Assembly (NCBI RefSeq): GCF_046119375.1
Contig: NW_027362916.1
Span: 186,001 to 250,000 of the forward strand
Source: Phyllobates terribilis
Taxonomy: Eukaryota
DNA length: 64,000 nt
Direction: 5' to 3'
Shown here piece by piece: positions 1-9,840 of this stretch (its first letter is position 1; every line of letters begins with the position of its first letter). Both the position numbers and the translations under genes were made by a program. Below the pieces are notes generated by a model. The model was not told where the DNA came from. It saw nothing but the letters and a program-made list of their open reading frames with translations, and made no database searches.

Positions 1-71
1 CAGTGCAGCAGGTTTTCCTTCAATATGAAAATACACCAGTGGATCAAATGTCCAAAAAAATAGTCCCATAA

Positions 72-119
72 TTCCTACGCGTTTCGCCCCCCCTCCTTGA
101 ATGTGGGGCTCATCAGGGG
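72..119 (-). ncRNA. Candidate minimal (Penelope-type) hammerhead ribozyme
   Basis: Minus strand reads ..UUCCC-CUGAUGA-GCCCC(loop)GGGGC-GAAA-CGCG-UA/GGAA. It has a canonical core, a 5-bp stem II with G10.1-C11.1, a palindromic ACGCGU stem III and a GUA cleavage triplet. Stem I is short and imperfect. Confidence 0.6.
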
Positions 120-286
120 AAAAAAAGAAGAAGGTGGCTGTATTCCAGTGTGGTAGCATCTATTATCGATGCACCCTATCCCTCATTTAAACTTTCTTCT
201 TTGTCTTTTTTCTTATATGTTAGTTTGTCCCAACTGTACTATTGAGTACACTATTTTAGTGTGTTTAGATTAAAAGTTAATTTTTA

Positions 287-630
287 ATGGGTAATTGTCT
301 CTTCTGGAAGAGTGGAGAGGCCACAATCCAAGCTGCTTGAGGTCTCGTGTGAAGTCTCCACGATCCGTGATGGTTTGGGGAGCAATGTCATCTGCTGGTG
401 TAGGTCCACTGTGTTTTATCAAGACCAAAGTCAGCGCAGCCGTCTACCAGGAAATTTTGGAGTACTTCATGCTTCCCTCTGTTGACAAGCTTTTTGGAGA
501 TGGAAATGTCATTCTCCAGCAGGACTTGGCCCCTGTCCACACTGCCAAAAGTACCAATACCTGGTTTAAAAACAACAGCATCACTGTGCTTGATTGGCTG
601 CAAACTCGCCTGACCTTAACACCATAGAGA
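287..630 (+). mobile_element. Tc1 transposase fragment (DDE core), same family as 18781-20346
   Basis: ORF 295-627 contains VMVWGAMSSAGVGPL and QQDLAPVHTAK, and nearly matches the minus-strand transposase at about 19280-19510. No TIRs seen. Confidence 0.85.
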
Positions 631-689
631 ATTTAATATGAGATAATCACGTTTTGATGGTATCTTAAATTTAGTTAGAAGCACTTGTA

Positions 690-2269
690 CAGTGGGGAAA
701 ATAAGTATTTGATACACTGCCGATTTTGCAAGTTTTCCCACCTACAAAGAATGGATGGGTCTGTAATTTTTATCTTAGCTACACTTCAACTGTAAGAGAC
801 AGAATCTAAAAATAAAAACCAGAAAATCGCATTGTATGATTTTTTAAATTGCATTTTATTGCATGAAATAAGTATTTGATCACCTACCAACCAGCAAGCA
901 TTCTGGCTCTCACAGACCTGTTAGTTTTTCTTTAAGAAGCCCTCCTACTCTGCCCTCATTACCTATATTAATTGCACATGTTTGAAGTCATTACCTGTAT
1001 AAAAGACAAATGTCCACATACTCAATCAATCACACTCCAACCTCTCCAACATGGTCAAGACCAAAGAGCTAAGGGACAAAATTGTAGAACTGCACAACGC
1101 TGGGATGGTCTACAGGACAATAGGCAAACAGCCTAGTGAGAAGGCAACAACTACTGGCACAATTATTAGAGAATGGAATAAACACAAGATGACTGTCAAT
1201 CTTCCTCGGTCTGGGTCTCCATGCAAGATCTCGCCTCGTGGGGTAAGGATGATTTTGAGAAAGGTAAGGAATCATCTTATAACCACATGGGAGGACCTGG
1301 TCATTGACCGGAATAGAGCTGGGACCACAGTCTCAAACATTACCATTAGTAACACACTATGTCGTCATGGATTAAAACCCTGCAGGGCAAGCAAGGTCCT
1401 CCTGCTCACACCAGCACATGTCCAGGCCAGTTTGAAGTTTATCAATGACCATCTGCATGATCCAGAGGAGGCATGGGAGGTCAGGTGGTCAGATGAGACC
1501 TAAATAGAACTTTTTGGTATCAACTACACTCGCCGTGTTTGGAGGAAGAAGAAGGATGAATACAACTCCAAGAACACCATCCCAACTGTGAAGCAGGGTG
1601 AGAGAAACATCCTACTTTAAGGGTGCTTTTTCTGCAAAGGGTACAGGACGATGGCACCATATAGAAGTGAGGGTGGTCGGGATCACATATCAAGAGATTT
1701 TGGCCAACAACTTCCTTCCCTCGGTAAGAGAATTGATGACGGGTCATGGCTGGGTCTTCCAGCATGACAATGTGTCGAAGCACACAGCCAAGGAAACTAA
1801 GGAGTGGCTCTGTAAGCATTTCAAGGTCCTGCAGTGGCCTAGCGAGTCGCCAGACCTGAACCCAATAGAAAATCTTTGGAGGGAACTGAAACTCAACGTT
1901 GCCCAGCGACAGCCCTGAAACCTGAAAGATCTGGAGAAAATCTGTATGGAGCAGTAGGCCAAAATCCCTGCTGCAGTGTGTGCAAACTTGGTCAAGAACT
2001 ACAGGAAACGTCTGACCTCTGTAATTGCAAACAAAGGTTTCTGTACCAAATATTAAGATCTGTTTTTCTATTGTATTAAATCAGTATTGCATGCAATAAA
2101 ATGCAAATTAATTATGTAAAAAGCATAATGTGATTTTCTGGATTTTATTTTTTAGATTCTGTCTCACAGTTGAAATGTACCTACGATAGAAATTGCAGAC
2201 CTCTCAATTCTTTGTAGGTGGGAAAACTTGAAAAATCGGCAGTATATAAAATATTTATTTTCCCCACTG
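690..2269 (+). mobile_element. Full-length Tc1 (IR/DR-type) DNA transposon, transposase inactivated
   Basis: About 200-bp TIRs, CAGTGGGGAAAATAAGTATTTG...TTTTCCCCACTG, flanked by TA (688-689, 2270-2271). Transposase starts at 1051 (MVKTKEL..., [17 protein letters not shown]), with a stop at 1501 and frameshifts. Confidence 0.95.
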
Positions 2270-2316
2270 TATAAAGGAAGGTGTATGGTATTCATCAGAG
2301 AATGTTTCAGAAATCT

Positions 2317-2353
2317 GCCTCAACGCTTTTCCCCAACAGGTTCATCAGGAGGC
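2317..2353 (-). ncRNA. Degenerate minimal hammerhead ribozyme candidate
   Basis: Minus strand reads GCCUC-CUGAUGA-ACC(UGUU)GGG-GAAA-AGCG-UU/GAGGC. Stem I is a perfect 5 bp and the core is intact, but 10.1-11.1 is mismatched and C15.2 is A. Confidence 0.4.
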
Positions 2354-3325
2354 TTGATACAAGGATGATAATCCATGATGTTCAGCATAGTGTGCCTAAT
2401 AGCCAGGTGTCCATGTTTAAATATTCCACTTCATCCTAAACCGCGACCCAGATGAGGAAACCCATTCCCATTCCTAGAGCTGAATTGTCATAGGATATTT
2501 TCCTGGGTTTTATTTCCTAGGTTCCAGCCGGTGTTTGCACTTCTGCCGGCCCCCGTGCAGGCTCTTATCTCATGTCCTGGCACTCATTTCCTCGGAAAAC
2601 ATCTAGACAAAAGACACAGGCGCCTTTTGTCACCATTGCCATTTGGGGACACCGCATGGTTTCACATCTTGCTGGGAACCCCACAGGCAGCCTCCTGTGG
2701 TCATTTCACCTTTTCAGATTGGGGGGGGTAGCTCTCCCTTCAGGGAGATCTGGATGGCTCATGTGGACATCAACTCTCTGACCCTGGTATATCTCGGGGT
2801 CATAATATGGAATGCTCACTATTGGCCGGGCATATACTTGCGCTCTTTTGTCCTTCATTTATTCAACGAGAAAGGAATTTTATGGTAAATACAGAAGTCA
2901 AAATTTTCACAACTAAAGCACTGGGAACTCGGGTCAAAACGTTTTTGCTTTCATTAGCCCTAATGTCCAACGTGGCTTAATTCTATGTATTGATTTGTAA
3001 AGTTACAATTTGTATGTATAAATATATTTATAGCTTTCTCCTTTTTGTTAGAATTATTTATATACAGTATGTGTTTTAATAAAACTGTGAGAACTATGGG
3101 CTGAATTTTCATTTCTATAATTATAAATCTTGGTGTAAAATTAGTGAAGAGTAACTGCAGGTGGATCTGTATCAGGGCGTGTTCACACATTGGGATTTGT
3201 GGGAGAAATAATCTGCATCAAAGTCCTCACATGTAGACCTGCAATAAGTCCTTCAGATCTCATCGACAATTTATTTTAAGTCTTCAGCAGCAACCTTTAA
3301 AAAACACCATGATACTCGCTTACCA

Positions 3326-3880
3326 TGTTGCCCATACAGCCTGATTAGTCGTCCAGGTCATAGTTGGCGAAAACATTTTTTGGACAGATTTCTTTTTGTA
3401 AAGAGGCATCATTTGCTTTTCGCTGAGGGTCTGACTGCTGGTGCCGCTGTTCCATTGGACAGAACCTGGCAGAGGTCATATTACATCGGCCACTTTCGGA
3501 AGTAGACTGGGGAACCGGGTTTTCTCTGCAGGCTTTATTGTATGGCATAAAGCCCTGCAGCTCCAGCAAAATAAACACAGCCTTACTGGCAAAGCTACAA
3601 AACAAAAGATAAATGATAGGACAGGTTCGCCCACACAGGTTGTAGCCAAGCCTTTAGCTCCTTCCTGAGCTATGGCATTCCAGTCTGGACACCTTGCCTC
3701 TCCAAACTCAACAGAAAAAAAATAGTGACTGAGCATTTAAGCTTGCTCAGCATCACCCTGAGGGGAGGTAGGGTGAATGACTTCCCACCCTCTTTGCCAT
3801 TCACATAAAACCACACCCTTTAGGTGAGTTAACCCCTAATATATAACATGCTGGAGGAAATAACACCAGTGACTGTCACA
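3326..3880 (-). repeat. 3' LTR of the Gmr1-like element
   Basis: Begins TGTGACAGTC (minus) directly after the purine tract and contains AATAAA at about 3533-3538. The distal CA end (3326) is a best guess; no 5' LTR is available for comparison. Confidence 0.55.
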
Positions 3881-6800
3881 TATTCCCCCCCTCTGCCCAA
3901 AGCTGGGGGTTTGGGCACCTTCAGACACCAGACAGGGAATTCTAGACAGGGCATCAGCATTCCCGTGCAACTTCCCGGGCTTATTCTCCAGATGAAAATT
4001 AAAGTCTTGAAGACCTAAGAACCATCTAGTTACCCTAGTATTTTTACCCCTCTTTTTCCTCAACCATCTCAAAGGGGCATGGTTTGAAACCAATTTAAAC
4101 TTCCGGCCTAGTAGGTAATATCGCAGTGTATCTAAGGCCCATTTTATGGCTAAACACTCTTTTTCTACTATTGCGTAGTTCTTCTCGCAGGACAAGAGCT
4201 TCCGGCTCAGATAGAGAATGGGATGTTCTTCCCCATTTATCTCTTGAGAGAGTACGGCTCCTAGGTCAACCTCTGAAGCATCTGTCTGGACCAAAAATTA
4301 TTTTTTTAAAGTCTGATGCGACCAGGACCGGCTGCTTACACAGTGCTAGCTTCAACTGTTGAAACGTGGTCACTGTTTCCTCCGTCCACTTCACCATGGT
4401 TGATCTGGTGCCTTTTTAGAGGTCCGTAAGTGGCGCAGCCATCATGGCAAAACTTGGGATAAACCGCCGGTAATATCCCACCATTCCCAGGAACGATCTC
4501 ACTTGCTTCTTGGAGAGTGGTTGCTGACAGGTCTGGATTGACTCCACTTTATTGACTTGTGGGTTTATTTTGCCTCTCCTGATGACATAGCCCAAGTACT
4601 TGGCTTCCTCTTTTCCAATGGCACATTTTCTTGGATTTTAGTAAATCCTGCCTTCCTCAGAGCATCCAGAACGGCCTGTAGTTTAGGTAGATGACTAGCT
4701 CAGTCTGAGTTAAAGACTACAGTGTCACCAAGATAGACTGCGGCATACTCCTTATGTGGGGCTATGATCTGATCCATAGCCCTCTGGAAGGTGGCTGGGG
4801 CCCCCTGTAGTCCAAACGGCATCCGAGTGTATTGAAAGCACCCATGAGTTGTCGAGAAAGCTGTCTTCTCCTTGGCCATCTGGGACATAAGGATCTTCCA
4901 ATAGCCCTTCGTCAGGTTGAGGGTGGTAATATACCTCGCTGGTCCCAGCCTCTTGATGAGCTCGTTGACGTGAGGCATCGGGTATGCGTCACACTTGGAC
5001 ACCTCATTCAGTCGGCGGTAGTCGTCACAAAACCTCCATTCTCCGTTGGGTTTTGGCACAAGGACGATGGGGCTCAACCATCCACTTTGACTTCTCTATC
5101 ACGCCGAGGTCTAACATCCTCTTCACCTCGGCCGTGATCACCTCCTGGCGTGTTCAGGAATCCTTTACGGCTTCAGGTTCACCATTACATGTGGCTAATT
5201 TAGCACATTATGTTCTACCACCTGGGTATACCCCAGCAGCTCTGAGAACAGGTCCCAATTCTGCTGGAGCAGTTCTCGACACTTTGCTTCTGGGCTGGCA
5301 AAAGGGTCTCCGCTATAGTGACATCTTCAATCTGGCCTTTGGGAGTGGCTGCCAGACAAGGAGTTCTCACGGGTTCCCAATCTCGCCACGACTTGAGCAG
5401 GTTTACATGGTACACCTGGTCTGGTTTTCTTCAGCCAGGCTGATGGACTCTGTAGTTCACTTCACTGAGTTTCTCCACCACCTCATACGGGCCTTGCCAC
5501 TTGGCCAGGAGCTTCGTTTTAACGGTGGGAATGAGAACCAGAACACGATCCCCAGGCTGGAACTGTCCCAGTCTTGCCGACCAGTTAAAGACCCTCGCCT
5601 GGGCTTCCTGCTCCTGAAGGAGATGTTCCTTCATGATGGGCATCACCTTCGCCATTCTCTCCTGTAACTGGGCGATATGTTCAATGATTCTCCGGTGGGG
5701 TGTGAACTCGGCCTCCCAGGTTTCCTTGGCAGTATCAAGGAGACCTCCTGGATGAAGTCCATACAGGAGCTCAAATGGAGAGAAGCCAGTGGAGGCTTGA
5801 GGAACTTCTCTGATGGAGAAAAGTAGAAATCGGAGCAGGTAGTCCCAGTCTCGCCCCATCCTTTTCAACGACCTTCTTGAGCATCGCCTTTAAAGGTCTT
5901 GTTGAAGTGTTCCACTAGGCCGTCCGTCTGCGGATGGTAAACTGAGGTCCGAATCTGGGCAATCTGAAGGGCTCTGCATAGCTACTTCATCGCTCTTCTC
6001 ATGAAGGGGGTTCCTTGGTCTGTCAAAATCTCTTTTGTCAGACCTGTCTGTGCAAAAATATGGACCAGCTCTCGGGCTATTCTTTTACTGGATGAGTTCC
6101 TTAGGGGTACCGGGTCGCATAGGCCATGACCACCAGGATATATTGGTGGCCCCAAGCCAGTTTAACTAAGGGACCCACGAGGTCCATGGTAATCCTCTGA
6201 AATGGGTCCTCTATCATAGGTAGTGGAACCAAGGGACTACGGAAGTGGGAGGTTGGCACGGTTATCTGGCTGGTGGGGCAGGACCTACAATAGTTTAAGA
6301 TTTCCCGGTAACATCCTGGCCAATAGAACCTCCTCAATATTCTCTCCTGGGTTTTCTCAACTGTAGCTGTCCCGCTAGAATATGTGAGTGGGCCATTTCT
6401 AATACCCTCCGACGGTATGACCCTGGAACTAACAGCTGTTGCACTACCTCTTCACCTTTTAGTTAGTCACCCAGTATAAAAGCTCCCCCTGAACTGGAAA
6501 GTGTGGGTACCTGGTTTCCACCCCCGGCACTTGAGCAATACCATTACAAACAGTAACATTGTCTCACGCCCCTTTCAAAGTCACTTCCTGAACTTGAGCT
6601 GACCCAAAGTTCTCTCCGGGCACCTCCAATTCCGAGAGGTCGGCCACCTTGGTCACAGTCTGGTCCTCGTCGCCAGAAAGGACACAGTGGGAACTCATCC
6701 ACTTCCGATGTCGACTGGGATATTTCTCTCGGGTCCTGGCTTTTGTCCACGTAACTCAGTCTCGATCCCTTCCCCCACAAGTCCCAGAACAAGAGAAAAT

Positions 6801-7211
6801 CGCGCCCCAATATGACGGGATGCATCAGGTCCTTGACCACCCTGACCTCATGGGATTGGGCGCCACAGTCTGTTCCAGCTGTCACTCTGGCCACCGGGTA
6901 GTTCTTGGCGTCCCCATGTATGCAGCAGACGCCCACAGATTTAGTAGGGGTCCAGACTCCCATAGTCCAACAACCCCAGGACCATCACCCCATTAACAGA
7001 AATGGCACACGCCTGCGGCCCCTCGCTGGGTTGACAGTCCACACTGCAGGCTGGGTAAGCATTATAATGCAGCGGCTTGTGGCATTACGGTAGTTGTCCA
7101 GGATGCGTTTTGGCTGACTATGTACCTCCCCCTCAGGTGACTGGTCACATGACTGTGACATAGCACAGGTCCTGTGCACAACTAGAGGATGATAAGGCGG
7201 ATGCAGAGCAC

Positions 7212-8756
7212 ATGCACCAAGTGGTTGAGACCACTCTGCAGGACACCCATGATGAAAATGGTGACCTCCGCAGAAAGACCCTAGGTCTGGAAGCTCAGGT
7301 GAAGGAGTTGCAGACGTTCTGTGATAATCTCCAGAGGGCAGAGACATGCCTTAAGGAAAGAATCAGCAAGGTGGAAGCTGAGCGGAAAAAGATGGAGGAG
7401 TCTATCGGAGAAGCCACAGACCAGGGCCAGGAGTTGGCCATTGGAGATGGGAGGTATGAAACAAATACCTACTCGAATAATGCGAGCTCGGATGATTCGG
7501 TGGAAGTAGGAGCCGAGATCAAGGAGCTCAAGGAGTCGCTACAAGCCCATTTGAAGCAAGAGAAGCTTGAAAGACTGGCTGTTGAGAGCCGAGTGGGCGC
7601 ATTGGAGACAGAGAAGTCTGAGAGAACTCTACTGTTAAAAGAGCAGTTGAAGCAGGAAGAGCTTCAGATATGGGCTGCTGAGAGGCAAGTAGCTGAGCTA
7701 GAGGAAGAAGTTTTCGAGCTCAAAGGTCGCCTAGCAAAGTATCACTCAGTGAACGAGGCCTCCTTGGAGAAGGAAAAGGGCAAACCAGTTGCACTCACTC
7801 CCTTATACCATGAGAAGGTGGACCTGAGGAGAGCCAAGAGAGTGTTAACAGAAGATAAATATGAAATGGAAGTGGTAAAGACGAAAATTTGTGAATTTGT
7901 AGCTGTGAGTCAGCTCAGGGGAAGTATACAGGGTGAAGAAGCTGAAAGTCAGTTGCCCCTGAAACCTGAGCTAGATGATCTTTTGGAGACCACTGGTGAG
8001 ACAGAAACCTCTCGGTACAAGTGCCTCATAGATGTACCCGAGGATTTGAGAGAATGCACCAGTGAGTCTGTGCATGAAGAGTTTAAGAAGGCCGTGGGAG
8101 CCTGTGAGGTGTACTCGACCTCAGAAGCTAAACAGCTGGTGGTCCTGTCCACGACTGAAGTCACAGTGAAGAGGGTGGCGATCCTAAGTGACATACACTG
8201 GCGATATATTCACACGAAGCGGTTTCTCCGGTTGAAGACGGAACAAGCCGTTAGACAACTGGAGCTTATGAGAAAAGCTCACAGTCTGCGGGAAGAGGTC
8301 ATCCGGGTGCCTCATGTTCTGGTGAGAAAGCTCATTGGGAGAAATGGCCGAGCCATGCAGATGATGGTAAAGAAGTCGGGTGTGATGAGAGTAAGCAGTC
8401 CACGTGATCGACAGGACTGGATACCAGATGAAGACGGCATGGTGTCATTCTCCGCTGTAGGAACGGAAGAAAGTCTTGCATATATACGCATGCTGATGGA
8501 GTACCGAGTGACCTACCTGCGAGAGGTAGAACAGTTGAATCTCGCTAGACTGCGAGTGGAAAGACAGAATCGCCTGAGCAGCAGAAGGTGGCAGCTGTCT
8601 AGAAATTGTGAGACCAGACAGAGAAAGGGCCCCCTAAATAACAGAACAGCTACAGCTGAAGTTAGGGACCTATCAAGATGTCCTGAGAGTAGTGGGCATG
8701 GGTTTAGAGGTAGTGAGACCTCCAGTAACTCAGGTTTGAGAGGCCCATACAAATGA
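7212..8756 (+). CDS. fxr1-like: Intronless 514-aa ORF: coiled coil plus FXR1-derived KH0, KH2 and NES-region fragment (KH1 absent)
   Basis: Segment 8016-8576 aligns by eye with recalled FXR1. KCLIDVPEDLRE..HEEFKKAVGAC vs KCTVDVPEDLRE..HKDFKKAVGAC; TVKRVAILSDIH vs TVKRVNILSDMH; KLIGRNG..KSGVMRV vs KVIGKNG..KSGVVRV; EDGMVSF..VGTEES vs EDGMVPF..VGTKES; YLREVEQL vs YLKEVEQL. The frame is open upstream to the deletion junction at 7181, so the real N-terminus is probably lost. Confidence 0.85.
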   Translation: MHQVVETTLQDTHDENGDLRRKTLGLEAQVKELQTFCDNLQRAETCLKERISKVEAERKKMEESIGEATDQGQELAIGDGRYETNTYSNNASSDDSVEVGAEIKELKESLQAHLKQEKLERLAVESRVGALETEKSERTLLLKEQLKQEELQIWAAERQVAELEEEVFELKGRLAKYHSVNEASLEKEKGKPVALTPLYHEKVDLRRAKRVLTEDKYEMEVVKTKICEFVAVSQLRGSIQGEEAESQLPLKPELDDLLETTGETETSRYKCLIDVPEDLRECTSESVHEEFKKAVGACEVYSTSEAKQLVVLSTTEVTVKRVAILSDIHWRYIHTKRFLRLKTEQAVRQLELMRKAHSLREEVIRVPHVLVRKLIGRNGRAMQMMVKKSGVMRVSSPRDRQDWIPDEDGMVSFSAVGTEESLAYIRMLMEYRVTYLREVEQLNLARLRVERQNRLSSRRWQLSRNCETRQRKGPLNNRTATAEVRDLSRCPESSGHGFRGSETSSNSGLRGPYK

Positions 8757-8832
8757 CCCAATAGAGTATGGGACAGTACGGAGTCTAACCGGACCTTAGA
8801 TACCAGGGTGTGTGAGTCATTCTGCGGTATTG

Positions 8833-8949
8833 ACCGCTGGGAGCAGGGGAGGTCTGACAAGGTTACGACTGACCGCTGGGAGCGGGGGAGGTCTGACAAG
8901 GTTACGAGCGACCGCTGGGAGCGGGGGAGGTCTGACAAGGTTACGACCC
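8833..8949 (+). repeat. 39-bp tandem repeat x3 in the 3' UTR of the nested LTR element
   Basis: GACCGCTGGGAGCGGGGGAGGTCTGACAAGGTTACGACT repeated three times. Confidence 0.9.
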
Positions 8950-9144
8950 GGAAATGTGACTTGACGAAGTCAGTGACAATGACAGATGGTAGGTCCCTAA
9001 AGGAATGGGCTAATGTCGTTGGCTAATGTTCCAGGGGCTGAGCAGCGCAATTGTCAAGTACATGGTCTCTGTGTGAACTGGGGGTTATAATGTGATTGTG
9101 TATATTGTGTGTTAAACGCCACAAGTTTGAACAGAGGGGGGATA

Positions 9145-9840
9145 TGTAATGCAGCAGCTTGTGGCATTATGGTAGTGGTCCAGGATGTGTTTTGGCTGAC
9201 CATGTACCTTCCCCTCAGGTGACTGGTCACATGACTGTGACATAGCACAGGTCCTGTGCACACAGAATGTCTGATCACATGACTGTGACATCAGCACAGG
9301 TCCTGTGTGCATTGGAAGATATAAAAACCCTGGTAGTTTTGAGACAGGGGGGGTAAGGCGTGAGGCCTGTTCCCGTGTGGGGCACCATCAGCCTGGAGAG
9401 GCTTAGTGAGGCCTAGAGAGGCCTGGTGAAGCCTGAAAGGCAGAGGCTGGATGTTGGCTGTGTAAACATACCAGTAGCCTTGGATGGTACGAGGGCTGGA
9501 GACCCTCATCTGGGAAGCCGTAAAGCCACAGCGGTGGCCGAACAAACCTAAAGCAGCTAAAACCCGGCGAAGGTAAAAACACTGATTGATGTGGACATTT
9601 ATGTTGTTGCCTAGCTGAGGGCTGTATCTGGAGCTAAGTGGACGTGTCTGTCGCTGGAAAGGCTCTTGGACATTATGTGTATGATATGTCGGCGAGCCAC
9701 TGAGATGGACTCGGTTATGAGCGGTTTATGATAAATAATAAACTGCTGGACTGTGAAATACCGGAAGGTGTTGCCTGGTGTGCCTTAATTTACCCGGTGC
9801 AGCGAGTATCTCCCAGCATGATGACTAGCGCTGCCTTACA
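9145..9840 (+). repeat. Complete 3' LTR (696 bp) of the nested element
   Basis: TG...CA ends, TATAAAA at 9320-9326, AATAAA at 9737-9742, internal duplication of about 47 bp at 9225-9310. Confidence 0.88.

Larger units (their letters stand above)
7063..9840 (+). mobile_element. Nested pol-less LTR retroelement carrying an FXR1-derived ORF
   Basis: 4-bp TSD GCAT (7059-7062, 9841-9844). The 5' LTR remnant 7063-7180 matches 9145-9262 with about 7 differences in 118 bp. PPT AGAGGGGGGA at 9133-9142. The 3' LTR runs TGTAA...TTACA. The host Gmr1 reading (SHYA|YPACSVDC) rejoins across the insertion. Confidence 0.9.

Noticed and set aside
7212-8756. Calling this ORF the host FXR1 or FMR1 gene
   Set aside because: Intronless, lacks Tudor, KH1 and RGG regions, is strongly diverged and is bounded by LTRs with a TSD.
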